The notes under the pieces were generated by a model. It was given only the letters and a program-made list of their open reading frames with translations. It searched no databases and was not told where the DNA came from. A stretch of DNA of 64,000 bases from assembly GCA_964016885.1 (NCBI GenBank), contig OZ024745.1:34410001-34474000 (forward strand), written 5' to 3'. The stretch comes from Eledone cirrhosa. Its lineage: Eukaryota. Below are positions 28,386-41,243 of this stretch, piece by piece. The position numbers and the translations under genes are program-made. The number at the start of each line of letters is the position of its first letter. Within the stretch, counting starts at the first letter, position 1.

Positions 28386-28726
28386 AACAAGTATGACCCC
28401 GACGGCAGAGCTCAAACCTATAAAAAGGCTAACCATTCAAGTATCGAGGACATAAATCGGGATGGACAACAATTTACCTCCAGCCTCGTGGTCGCCGACC
28501 GCACTGGACCCCTAGACCCACGGACCCCCTACTTCACACTGAAGGACCACAGATCCGACTTCGACCGTAAACCATCCATCAGGCTTATAAACCCAACGAA
28601 GTCCGACATAGGTTTGAGCTCTGCCGTCGGGGTTATACTTGTTCCTATTACCCACTCTACTACCCTAAGTATTGAGTACTTTGGTGCGTTATGGTCCATC
28701 TGGTTCCTTACCACATTTCCTTCGTT
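28381..28726 (+). mobile_element. Family B element enclosing a PLE reverse-transcriptase fragment (28416-28613) between inverted arms
   Basis: Spacer translates TYKKAN...PYFTLKDHRSDFDRKPSIRLINPTKSDIG, matching the TLKDHK..RLINP..S.IG motif of PLE RT N-terminal regions. Confidence 0.85.
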
Positions 28727-28923
28727 ATATATATATATATATATGTACAGTAAATCCGCACCTTACGAACATCCTACTTACGAAATTTCGCAGATACGAA
28801 CAATCACACGAAGAGAGAAAAAAGTTTGTCTCAGTTTGAAATTCGGAATATCTGTGGGCTCTTTCAGGCCCTGGGTTCCTTTTTTTTTTAAAGCATATAA
28901 ATAAGCTGCAATCGTACCTACGC

Positions 28924-29045
28924 TATGGCATAACATTTTGTATTCGCAGAATTGTAAAAGTACTCTTTTCCTTTAACAATTTATTGTCATTAGCTTTACA
29001 GAATGTAAATTCAGTATTACATGTTATATATACCTCTATAAACTG

Positions 29046-29121
<76 letters not shown>

Positions 29122-29156
29122 CAGTTTATAGAGGTATATATAACATGTAATACTGA

Positions 29157-29217
<61 letters not shown>

Positions 29218-29249
29218 GTATTACATGTTATATATACCTCTATAAACTG

Positions 29250-29309
<60 letters not shown>

Positions 29310-29431
29310 CAGTTTATAGAGGTATATATAACATGTAATACTGAATTTACATTCTGTAAAGCTAATGACAATAAATTGTTAAAGGAAAAGAGTACTTTTA
29401 CAATTCTGCGAATACAAAATGTTATGCCATA
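28924..29431. repeat. Nested palindrome with three (TA)n turning points
   Basis: Structure X-Y-(TA)n-Y'-(TA)n-Y-(TA)n-Y'-X', with the unique arms apparently identical. Confidence 0.9.
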
Positions 29432-29445
29432 TATATATATATATA

Positions 29446-29685
<240 letters not shown>

Positions 29686-30273
29686 GTGTGTGTTGTGTGT
29701 GTGTGTATGTGTGTAAGTATGTATGTATATATAAAGATATAAGAAGCATTGGAAGATAATATTATTTCACACTTGAAAAATGTAAGTGTGTTTAATACAT
29801 TCACCATTATTCATGCTTTAAAAATCTAAGCGTTTCTTAAAACCATAATCATAATTATGTTTTCCAATTAAACGTTTAATTGGCTTTAAATGATCTGAAT
29901 TAGATTTAATGAATCTTGGTCTACATACATTATTCTTATAATGTTAATATTTGTTGTTTTCAGCATACTGTATGTTTTCAGTATAATGTATATTTTCAGT
30001 ATACTGTACGTTTTCGTAACAAGTTAGAAATATATGCAAAATAAGCTATATATTTCAGTAGCACAGAAAACAGCAGCGATCTATGAATTAACAATATGTG
30101 TGTTTTATTATTTGTTGTTTGTTCTGGTCGTTGTTGGTAGTTTATTTCACGAGATTTGTGTATCTTTGTTACTATATATCGACAATACATCTACTACAAT
30201 TATATTGATCAACACACAATCACACACACATACATGCATACATATATATATATATACACATACACACACACCC

Positions 30274-30345
<72 letters not shown>

Positions 30346-32040
30346 GTGTGTGTGTGCATATATATGTATTATAGTATTCGATTCAAGGTATTTCTAAATA
30401 ATTTAAATTTAAACTGCATTTCTGTAAACTGTAACGCTACTTGTTTTACGTCAATGCATAATGGATATTCATAATAACGTATAACAGCCACTCAGATATA
30501 TTACTTAACCTTCAAGTTAGATATGTTTACCTGAAAGTTTCAAACGAATGGCTGCACTTGAGGTACCTCATCCACTCTTATAAACACATTAATGTATATG
30601 TAAGTAGATGTTTTTAATGGTAAATGTGAGAATATCCATTACGAATTCTTTGCATATAAATACATATACACATACCAGTTTTGTAATGTGTTACAATTTA
30701 ATATTGTTACTATTATATATGTATTATATATTAGTATATGCATATGCGTTTGATTCATGCAATCGATAATATGCCAGACAAATTATTTTCGATGTACATA
30801 CCAGTTCAAATCCCAGTAAATTTTCTTTACCTTTATTTCTTCTGTCGGTAAATTAAATAAAGACGTCAAGTGCCAGGCGATTAATATGGTCGATTTAATC
30901 GACTTTTCCTTTTCCTCGAATTGATGGCCTATATAGAAATTGTTATATACTAGTATATTGATGTCGGTAGACTTGCAGAATGATTAAGGCATTAAACGGG
31001 ACACATATTTTGCACTAGTTAATCCGTCTCTATGGGCGGAGTTGAAAACCTCCCGTGTCTACTTGACCATTCATCTGTCCAGGGTCTACAACATGAAATA
31101 CTAGTTAACTACTCTGATAGACTTACTCGATTTTCTCCTTTCCCCGAATTAAAAACCATTATATATTTCAACAATAAAGGAGGGGTATTTGCAGGATAGG
31201 TAGACCGTATGACAAAGTCTCTGAGCTTGTAATTTTTTATCTAAGTTTTCAAATCCCGGTGAAGTCAAATTTGCCTATTATATTTCAATGGACTTTCCAA
31301 CTTGAAAAAAGCCTAAACATGCAAACAATAGTGCCACAAAACGGACAGAAATGAGGCAAAATGGGGAGATTTACATAATGAAAGCTATACCCATTTTCAC
31401 AAGAGAAGACACCCCTCATCCACTCCAAAAAGGGTGGAAGATCTCCTCTTCAGACGGGGAGAGTTGACAGGCTTACTTCACGGATTCACGAAATAAAATA
31501 TAAATATAAAAATTACTCGGGTAGATTTAATCAATTTCTTTCCTTTTCCAAAGTATCCAGGAAACATTACATATATATATACACTTCACTTTTGCTGTAC
31601 ATAACATAACTCCTATCCAGTAATTTACTCGCTGTTTCTATCTAACGACTAGATTCTCTTTTTTTCTTAAATTGTATTTCAATTTTTTATATGTCTACTT
31701 ATAATCAATAATAAAGTTTTAATTACATATCACTGCTGGAATCTCACTTTCTGAAAATGTATCATTCTCTTGAACATGTTGTAATAGAGATCTTGGTCAC
31801 GTATTTTATATATATCTGGGATATCATACGTTGTCAAAATAACGCCAAGAACAGCAATTAAAGATTTACAACAACATCTATATATGTTTGGCAACTGTGA
31901 GTTAATATATATATATATATATATATACATACATACATATGTATGTATATATACATATGTATGTATATATATATAGAGAGAGAGATATAGATAAATATAC
32001 ACGGGTGTGTATGATTGTGTATAGAAGATTGTATTAATAA

Positions 32041-32766
32041 AAGGAATTCCAACTTTGTCTGATTTACTCGTTTTATTTACAATCCTTTGAAAGGATTGTA
32101 AATAAAGCGAGTAAATCAGACAAAGTTGGAATTCCTTGCCTAAGAAAATATCTATATGCGTGTGTAATTAATACACGCATACATTTATTTTTTTAATTTC
32201 AATTGAGTTCTTAACACGTTGGATTGATAACGTTTTTGAAAAAACTAATTAACCCGCGTGTATATTATTTTTTCTTTTCTCGTGAATCGTGGTTGTCTCC
32301 CTTTCCCGCTTCGTGACGCTATAATACTTCCTCAGTCAAAAACTGCTGGAATTTCAAATTTGGCGGTCATTCGATGCGTGAGGGAGCAGCTTAGCAGACA
32401 CGATTTTTAACTGCGGTAAGAATTTTTTCTTATATCAAAATTTAATGGGCTTCCACTGAAGATTTATAAGTGCCCACCTAAATATATTCTTACATGAATA
32501 TATGTTAGGCTTCTACATAAACTGGAAAAATTCTCCCAATTTGTAGAAAACTTATAATGAAACAATTGTTTGGAAAGAGAGATATATTTTAACTTTAATT
32601 ATATCTCATAAAATAATACAACTGGCTTTCCACAAAATACATATGGTTAGCACCCCAAACACTTAAATTGGGTTTATATTTTAATATAACCTAATGTTTG
32701 TTGAGTGAGATGGTTACCAGTCAGAGTTTAGCTTTAAGCTATCTTTGTTATTGTATTAAATATATT

Positions 32767-32770
<4 letters not shown>
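32041..32770 (+). mobile_element. pLTR-like element: 48-bp terminal hairpin (32041-32137), CpG-richer segment, HHR, ending at (TA)n
   Basis: Hairpin aaggaattccaactttgtctg...tcctttg/aaagga...ggaattcctt; HHR at 32451-32575. Confidence 0.7.
32451..32575 (+). ncRNA. Type I hammerhead ribozyme with branched, extended stem II
   Basis: ttcca-CTGAAGA-tttataag...[two internal hairpins]...cttataat-GAAAC-aatt-GTT-tggaa. Confidence 0.8.
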
Positions 32771-32829
<59 letters not shown>

Positions 32830-33154
32830 GATAAATCTACCAAGAGTTTACGGTAGTGTCCAATCCGTATGAAGAACTCAATGTATTCCGGATATCATGG
32901 AAAGAAGAGATGTAATGAAAAACCACTTTCGGTGAAAGATAAACGGTATACAGAGTCAAGATAAAATATTAAACAAATAATGAATAAACAATTCCTTATA
33001 TTAAACAAAAAAAGTTCATTATTTAACGATCGTTTCTAGGGTATATATGTGTTATAATTGGTATGCATATTCAACAGATCTATGTACAAAATTATACAAA
33101 ATTATACAAATTATCAAGATTAAATATACATACCTAACACATATATACGCCGTC

Positions 33155-34201
33155 AAAAATAGATTAGAGTATATACCTTCTACTAAAAATACTGAAAGCA
33201 TACAGCATAATATTACCAACAAACACCAAATGAAAAGTACACACCTAAATGCCACCCACAATATACCCCAAAATACTAAATCTTCTAATATAAAGTATAG
33301 TAACCCTCAAAAAACTACTCATCATACAACTATAATAAATATTAATAATAAAACTCCTAATAAAAAAGATAAAACACCTAAATCTACAAATATAACTAAA
33401 AATAGTTGTGGTGAGATCATTAACATTAATCCTCCTAGTAAAAATCACGATACAACCTATAAAAATAATAAAAATAATAAACAACATAGAAACCGTAATA
33501 GACGAGTTACTTGGTATAATGCTCCTTTTAATTTACAAGTTAAGGATAATATTGCTAAAAAATTTTTTTATATCCTTGAGAAAAACTTCCCGCCAAACCA
33601 CAAATACCATCAAATCTTAAACAGGTCTACAGTTAAATTCTCATACTCTACAACAAATAACATAAAACAAAATATAAGTGCATATAATGCATATAAATGT
33701 AAGAAAACCATAAGTATACCACCAGTACATCAAATTAACCATAATATCTCCTCAAATACAGAATTAACGAAAGGATGTAACTGTAGAAACAAAGCAAACT
33801 GCCCATTAAAAGGGAATTGTCTTGTTAACAACATAGTCTATAAATGTAATGTTAAAACTAAAGATTCTATTTGCTCATATATAGGAGCTACCTCTAACAA
33901 TTTTAAGACAAGGTTTAATACCCACAAGCATAGTTTTAAAAATGCCGCACTGGCTAATACAACATCTCTAGCAGAAAAAATCAATAGTTATAAAAATAAG
34001 AATATAAAATATGATTTGACCTGGAGTGTGCTCAAAAGAGCCACCCCTTATCAAAATAATAGAAAGGAATGTAGATTATGTTCCCAAGAACTATTTGAAA
34101 TAATGAAGTCTACGGATATCTTATTAAATAAACGACAGGAATTAATTATATCGTGTAATCATAAACTAAAAAAAACATTTAAATATTATAAACCTAATTA
34201 A
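33155..34201 (+). CDS. PLE polyprotein C-terminus: post-RT region (VTWYNAPFN, TVKFSYS), CxC-x5-C linker and GIY-YIG endonuclease
   Basis: CNCRNKANCPLKGNC-LVNNIVYKC...SYIGAT..FKTRFNTH..WSVL..CRLC..LLNKRQE..SCNH, in an uninterrupted frame. The first ~36 aa of the listed ORF derive from the inverted pLTR. Confidence 0.9.
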   Translation, partial: KNRLEYIPSTKNTESIQHNITNKHQMKSTHLNATHNIPQNTKSSNIKYSNPQKTTHHTTIININNKTPNKKDKTPKSTNITKNSCGEIININPPSKNHDTTYKNNKNNKQHRNRNRRVTWYNAPFNLQVKDNIAKKFFYILEKNFPPNHKYHQILNRSTVKFSYSTTNNIKQNISAYNAYKCKKTISIPPVHQINHNISSNTELTKGCNCRNKANCPLKGNCLVNNIVYKCNVKTKDSICSYIGATSNNFKTRFNTHKHSFKNAALANTTSLAEKINSYKNKNIKYDLTWSVLKRATPYQNNRKECRLCSQELFEIMKSTDILLNKRQELIISCNHKLKKTFKYYKPN

Positions 34202-34734
34202 TAACATTATTCTAGAAATTAATTTAATTTAAATGTTAGTTAACCTATAAATTTAATTTAATTAATATTTTATTACAGATGAGAATATAAAATATTATGT
34301 AATCATAAATTGTGAAAAACCTTTAAATATTACTAATATATACTTAGTAATTTAATTTATAGATTAATTTTAATTTATTTAAACCTTTTATTATAACTCT
34401 TTTACAGATAAAATATAACAAAATAATATCGTGTATCCAATGACAGAGAAATAATTTTTAGTATTATAGACCTAATTAATATACATTTTGGAAATATATT
34501 TATTATTTGGTTTTAGTTTTAATCAACCTAAAAATTTTAATTTTAATTTGCTTAAAATTAGTATCCTTATACAGACGAATTGCAGAATGTCATGTAATCA
34601 TAGAATGGGATGTGTTTTGGATATATACCTAGTTAATATATTCTGTGCAATTTTTTGAAAAAGATATGTATATGTATATGTGTATGTGTATGTGTGTGTG
34701 TGTATGTGTATCTGTATGTATGTATATATGTGTA

Positions 34735-34771
<37 letters not shown>

Positions 34772-35399
34772 ATATGTATGTATATGTGTATGTGTATGTA
34801 TATGTATATGTATGCGTATTAATTTTGATTTCTATTTGCATATAATTATATTATGCTATTGATGAAATACAATATCTGCTTTATGTATTGTATACCTAAT
34901 TAACATATACTAATTAACATATACTATTGAAATAAATATATAATTTTTAATTTAGTTAACATATAATTTATATGCTACTACCGATGTAATACTTTATTTT
35001 ATTTTTATTTGGGTTTCTTTTCCCTATTACTAAATTCATTTCCTAATATTGATACCATAACGTTATTAACTTTAATTTAGTTATACTGTAATTAATAATC
35101 TACTACTGTTTGACTTCAAAATTCTGCTTCAAATATTATAAACCTAACTAATTTACACCTTAGAAATCAATATGTTGACTATCTTTGGTTTAGTTAACAT
35201 ATGATTAATGGTATACTTATTTATTTTGAGATGCATAGATTTTGCCTTAGTTCTTGTTTGTCGTATTTCCTAGCACTGAAAATATGTAAGAACATACATT
35301 GAATAAAGATACGGAAAATATTATATGTTTCTTGAAACATATATTTACTTTGATCCCCTTCTCCAAACCCCCCCTTTCCCCCATACTATTATCATCTGT

Positions 35400-35903
35400 A
35401 TTTGTAAGCGTCTATGTATGAATATATATGTAGGTAGGTGTCTATATAGGTTTGGGTATTTATATCTAAATATAAAAATACATATATGCGCATGCAAATA
35501 TGAATGTAAGATTGCGTGTGTATATATGAGTGTACATATGTATGTATATATATGTATATATATGCATTATATATGTATGTGTATGTGAATGTGTTGTATG
35601 TATATGTGTATGTATGTGTATATATGTGTATGTATGTGTATGCTTGTATATATAGGAATATATATATGTATATATATATATGTATATGTATATGCGTGTG
35701 TATGTATGTATGTGTATGTGTGTTGTATATATATGTATGTCTCTCTATTTATATGTTTATCTTCGTATCTATGTGATATATGTGTTGTGTGTGTGCACGT
35801 ATGCATATGTATGTGTTTGTGTGTGTTTGTATGTGTGTGTGTATATATGTGTATGTGCGCACACACACATACACATATATATATGTGAGTGTGTATATGT
35901 GTC

Positions 35904-35957
<54 letters not shown>

Positions 35958-36243
35958 GATATATATATATATATATAGGTGTCTATGTGTGAATATATGT
36001 CTTTATTCGTATGTGTGTATTTATGTATGTATATGTTTATGTGTATGTATGTATGTGTATGTATGTATGTATATATATATATATATATATGTATATGTAT
36101 ATATATATATGTATATTATTCTTTATTATTATAATATAACTTATGTGTATATGTGTATAAGTGAGGTTGTGTATGTGTATATAATATGTGTATATATAAG
36201 TGTAAAAAAATATATATATATATATGTGCATGTCTGTTTTTTA

Positions 36244-36279
<36 letters not shown>

Positions 36280-36361
36280 CGTGTGTATATATATATATAT
36301 ATATATGTGGGTGTTTGTATGTGTATTTATGGTGGTATGAGTGTGTGGATATATATATGTT

Positions 36362-36393
<32 letters not shown>

Positions 36394-36745
36394 AGTGTAT
36401 GTGTGTGTATATATATATATATGTATATATATGTATGTGTATATATATGTATATATATATATGTGTATGTATGTGTGTGTATATATATATATATCTCTAT
36501 TAATGCGTGTGTGTATGTATATACATATGCCTTTTTATTATTATTTTTATTTGTATGTCTGAGTTAGGTGAGGTTGTAGTGTTTTTTATGTATATACGCA
36601 TATATGGAAGCGTATGTATTTATATATATGAGTATAAGTAGGTGCATATGTATGTATGATTATATATCTAATTCTATGTATGAATGTACATCTATATATA
36701 TATATGTGTGTATGTAAGTTGTGTGTGTATGTATCTATATGTCTA

Positions 36746-36786
<41 letters not shown>

Positions 36787-36865
36787 CGATGTGCGTATAT
36801 GTATGTACATGTATGTACATGTATGTGTGTATGTATGTGTATGTATATTTAGATGTATGTGTATG

Positions 36866-36912
<47 letters not shown>

Positions 36913-37650
36913 ATATATATATGGATATATATCTTTATTATTTATTTTTTATATATATGTGTATGTGTGTATGTGTTGCGTGTGTGTGTGTGTGTATATA
37001 TATATCTTTATATATGTGTATGTGTATGTTCGTGTAAGTGTATGTGTGTGTATGACTGTATATGTATGTGTGTATGTGTGTATGCGTAAATATTTCTATG
37101 TGCGCGTACATGTATGTATGTGTATATATCTGTATGTGTATGTATATTATATTATATTTATTATATTTTATTGTTTTATTTTTTTATTTTTCTTAATTTA
37201 TAGATACATTTATATTAGGCAGTCTGCTCAGACAATTGAATACTGACCCCTCCCCCCCCTCCCACCTAATTTCTGTATCTTGATCTTGAAATGTGTGTGC
37301 CAGTGTTTTATGTGAGTGATTTAATATCCATGTGCTTATGATTTTATATCCACATATATAAATGTGAGTGGGGGTGTGTGTGTGTTTGTATGTTCGTGGT
37401 TATGTGTATATTTATGCATATACGCGCGTGTATGTGTGATTGTACTGATATGTGTGAGTATGAAAAAATATATTTATATGCTTGACTCCATAAGTATCAA
37501 TGCGCATCTTATCAGCGCATTTTAAGCTTACAGAGATATTAACCTTGAAATTTTGTGTTTGCATCCATCTTTTTAGTATGCGTATACAAGTTATACATAC
37601 ATTTTTGTAAAATATGTGTAAGGATTTTACATGTATATACACACACCGAA
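35400..37650. repeat. Complex low-complexity TA/TG alternating region
   Basis: ~2.2 kb of irregular tatg/tgta/tata sequence between the PLE ORF and its 3' pLTR. Confidence 0.85.
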
Positions 37651-37728
37651 CTGCTTTTAACCCTTTGTGTTTTCATTGGTCAATTTTGAACTGAAATTTT
37701 GAATTGTTGTTATTATCAATAAATATAC

Positions 37729-37883
37729 TTCATTATTTCTGAAGACGGCGTATATATGTGTTAGGTATGTATATTTAATCTTGATAATTTGTATAATTTT
37801 GTATAATTTTGTACATAGATCTGTTGAATATGCATACCAATTATAACACATATATACCCTAGAAACGATCGTTAAATAATGAA
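37729..37883 (+). ncRNA. Type I hammerhead ribozyme with ~115-nt stem II domain
   Basis: 10-bp stem I ttcattattt/aaataatgaa; CTGAAGA; stem II gtatatatgtgtta/taacacatatatac plus an inner helix ggtatgtatatttaa/ttgaatatgcatacc; GAAAC-gatc-GTT. Confidence 0.9.
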
Positions 37884-37928
37884 CTTTTTTTGTTTAATAT
37901 AAGGAATTGTTTATTCATTATTTGTTTA

Positions 37929-37973
<45 letters not shown>

Positions 37974-37986
37974 GTATGAATGTATA

Positions 37987-38046
37987 TAGGAAAAAGTATG
38001 ACCTCGACGGCAGAGCTCAAACCGTTTCGACAGGTATTTCTGGACA
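37987..38046 (-). repeat. Family B fragment
   Basis: taggaaaaagtatgacctcgacggcagagctcaaaccgtttcgac. Confidence 0.8.
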
Positions 38047-38125
<79 letters not shown>

Positions 38126-38357
38126 CGTATATATATATATATATGTATGTGCACGTGTGTGTGTGTGTGTGTGTGTGTGTAGTATCACATTTTGAGTAGC
38201 CAGGATTGCGTATGTAACACGCTAATAAAAAAAAAATGATGCAACTTGGTTCAAAGTCTCGACGGCATATATATCTTCTCAAATCCCATATATTGGTCCT
38301 AAATGAGTCTCTTATAATCAACATCGAATTCAAGTTCTGTACTTTATCAGGAGCATG

Positions 38358-38525
<168 letters not shown>

Positions 38526-38535
38526 ATTTATTTTA

Positions 38536-38576
<41 letters not shown>

Positions 38577-38644
38577 AATGTATAATTTTGACAACTTTGA
38601 TAGGTTTCAGCCAGTATTGGCCCAGGTCATGTCAAACTTAATAG

Positions 38645-38682
<38 letters not shown>

Positions 38683-38683
38683 C

Positions 38684-38807
<124 letters not shown>

Positions 38808-38813
38808 TGTGTG

Positions 38814-38996
38814 TAGGAAAATGTTTAACCCCATTTAAAGCTCAAGCCGTTTCGACGGCTATTTCTGAAATAGCCGTCGAAACAGCTTCAGCTCTGCCGT
38901 CGGGGTTAAACATTTTCCTATTACCGACTCTCCTACCCTAAGTATTGAGAACTCTGCTGCGTTATGGTCCTTCTGGTTGCTTACCACAGCTCCTTC

Positions 38997-39000
<4 letters not shown>
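38814..39000 (+). mobile_element. Family B fold-back mini-element
   Basis: Hairpin centred at ...gctatttc-t-gaaatagc...; same two termini as the other copies. Confidence 0.85.
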
Positions 39001-39043
<43 letters not shown>

Positions 39044-39047
<4 letters not shown>

Positions 39048-39475
39048 GTTGCAAAGTTTTTGTGCATGCAGTGTTTTTCGGGCAGTATTCAGAGAGTTTG
39101 TTCAGTAGCGGGCCCTTTGCAAATAATATTTCGTAGCTCTCTGCGATACAAAGGTCGCAGCACTTGTGTCCTCCCTTGTATGAGCGTGCTTTCTGGAGTA
39201 TTCACCATTTTAGCGTGAAGGGGGTGGAGTACCATTTAAGGTCCCAAACATAGGAGGCGAGTGTTGTATGATTTGATTTGTCCGGTTTTTCTGAAAGAGT
39301 GGGTATGGGCATACCACCGGGTCTTAAAATTATTGGACGTCATGCCGATGTAACTCTTTTGGTTATTGTTATCATCGGTGCCTGAGATGACAACACATTT
39401 GTATACGATGTCATTTATCAGGCATTTGTTTTCAAGTGGGCAGGCTTCCCTATTTAGTCAGTTGCACAAGGCCTC
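39044..39475 (-). pseudogene. Second PLE GIY-YIG endonuclease (decayed; absent from the ORF track as such)
   Basis: Minus strand reads LCN*LNREACPLENKCLINDIVYKCVV...KSYIGMTSNNFKTRWYAHTHSF / TTLASYVWDLK..KW*ILQKA..CDLCIAE..LLNK..CMHK. Confidence 0.88.
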
Positions 39476-39711
39476 AGGTTCGGAGGTGGTTGGCTTATTT
39501 CATTTTCTAGAATATATATATAACCACAACAGAAACAAAAATCCTTCATCTCCATTTTACTTGGAAAATCATAAGAACTGTGGAACCAGTAAAGTAAATA
39601 AATATATATTCTTAAAAGACTCCAGTTGCATTTTGAATTTCTTTTCCTTATATATATATATATATATACACATATGTACACACACACACACACACACACA
39701 GACACACGCAC

Positions 39712-39770
<59 letters not shown>

Positions 39771-39887
39771 CATATGTATATATATATGTATGTGTATCTG
39801 TTTGTTTGTGTGTAGTTTTACCGTATTGTTCTCACGCGTTGTCTTATTATACACACACACACATACACACACACGCTCACACGCACG

Positions 39888-39971
<84 letters not shown>

Positions 39972-40403
39972 CTTATTTCGTTTAGCAAAAATGGTTGGTA
40001 AAATATATTATTTCAGTTCTTAGATGTCAACTTTTTCTTGCGTGATAATTACTTTTTTTCCTGTTTACCTTTAATCTTTCCTGTAAATGTCTTAGTTTTT
40101 ATGTTATTATTGATGTTGTTATAACAACTACTTCATTCTTTAGTAATTATAATATCAAAAATCATAATTATGATGATGATAATAAGGATGTGCTGATCGT
40201 GATAATGATAATAATAATGATAATATTGATAACAGTAGTAATGATTATAATTATAATATCAATAATAATAATAATCGTGGTTGTGGTCACATTGCACGGT
40301 TTATTGCCGAGACATTCCACTGTTGTGTTATGGGAAATAAAATTATCAGAAGCGGTAAATGATTTCCAAATGTCTGTGTGTATATGTACAGCATATATAT
40401 ACA

Positions 40404-40444
<41 letters not shown>

Positions 40445-40449
<5 letters not shown>

Positions 40450-40502
40450 GTAAGTATGTATGTATACGTACATACATATATGTATACAGACGTACAGTAG
40501 CA

Positions 40503-40542
<40 letters not shown>

Positions 40543-40833
40543 TATACACATATGCATACAGGTACACATACATATATGCACGCATCAGTTTAGCCGACGT
40601 TTATTATAACGCCTGCTTTGTTCGTTTGTTTGTTAACAAATCGAACAGCCTGAATTTATCATTCCTGTGTCAGTGTTGAACAAAACGGTGACGTGGTTGC
40701 CTTAACACCGTATGGCATAAATTCAGGCTGTTCGATTTGTTGACAAACAAACGAACAAAGCAGGCGTTATAATAAACGTCGGCTAAACTGATGCGTGCAT
40801 ATATGTATGTGTACCTGTATGCATATGTGTATA

Positions 40834-40864
<31 letters not shown>

Positions 40865-40978
40865 GCATGCTACTGTACGTCTGTATACATATATGTATGT
40901 ACGTATACATACATACTTACATTTAAGTAAGTGCCATACTAAGAGTGAGAAATGAAATTTCGTTTTCATTTTTTTCAA
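40445..40978 (+). mobile_element. Family D fold-back element in (TA)n
   Basis: Arms ~40445-40658 / 40718-40925. The sense copy 40658-40975 is homologous to 61870-62160. Confidence 0.88.
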
Positions 40979-41048
<70 letters not shown>

Positions 41049-41052
<4 letters not shown>

Positions 41053-41243
41053 AAAAAGTATGACCCCGACGGCAGAGCTCAAGCCGTTTCGACGGCTATT
41101 TCTGGACTCAGAAATAGCCGTCGAAACGGCTTGAGCTCTGCCGTCGGGGTCATACTTTTTCCTATTTCCCACTCTACTACCCTAAGTATTGAGTACTCTG
41201 GTGCGTCATGGTCCATCTGGTTCCTTACCACAATTCCTTTGTT
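41049..41243 (+). mobile_element. Family B fold-back mini-element (perfect hairpin with 4-nt loop)
   Basis: taggaaaaagtatgacccc...ctatttctg-gact-cagaaatag...ggggtcatactttttccta, with (TA)n on both sides. Confidence 0.9.

Larger units (their letters stand above)
32827..37936 (+). mobile_element. 5'-truncated Penelope-like retroelement with inverted 5' pLTR, GIY-YIG ORF, ~3.5-kb 3' region and HHR-bearing 3' pLTR, flanked by (TA)n
   Basis: 32961-33154 is the reverse complement of 37744-37936. The ORF and the 3' HHR are both on +. (TA)n lies at both ends. Confidence 0.8.

Noticed and set aside
28746-28800. Tigger/pogo-like TIR start (tacagtaaatccgcaccttacgaac); also a Tc1-like start at ~41268
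   Set aside because: No matching opposite TIR was found, so the evidence is too weak to call.
33047-33154. N-terminus MCYNWYAYSTDL... of the 384-aa ORF, duplicated in ORF 37657-37851
   Set aside because: It is the antisense of the pLTR/HHR stem II fused in frame by the inversion, not a real protein start or a gene duplication.
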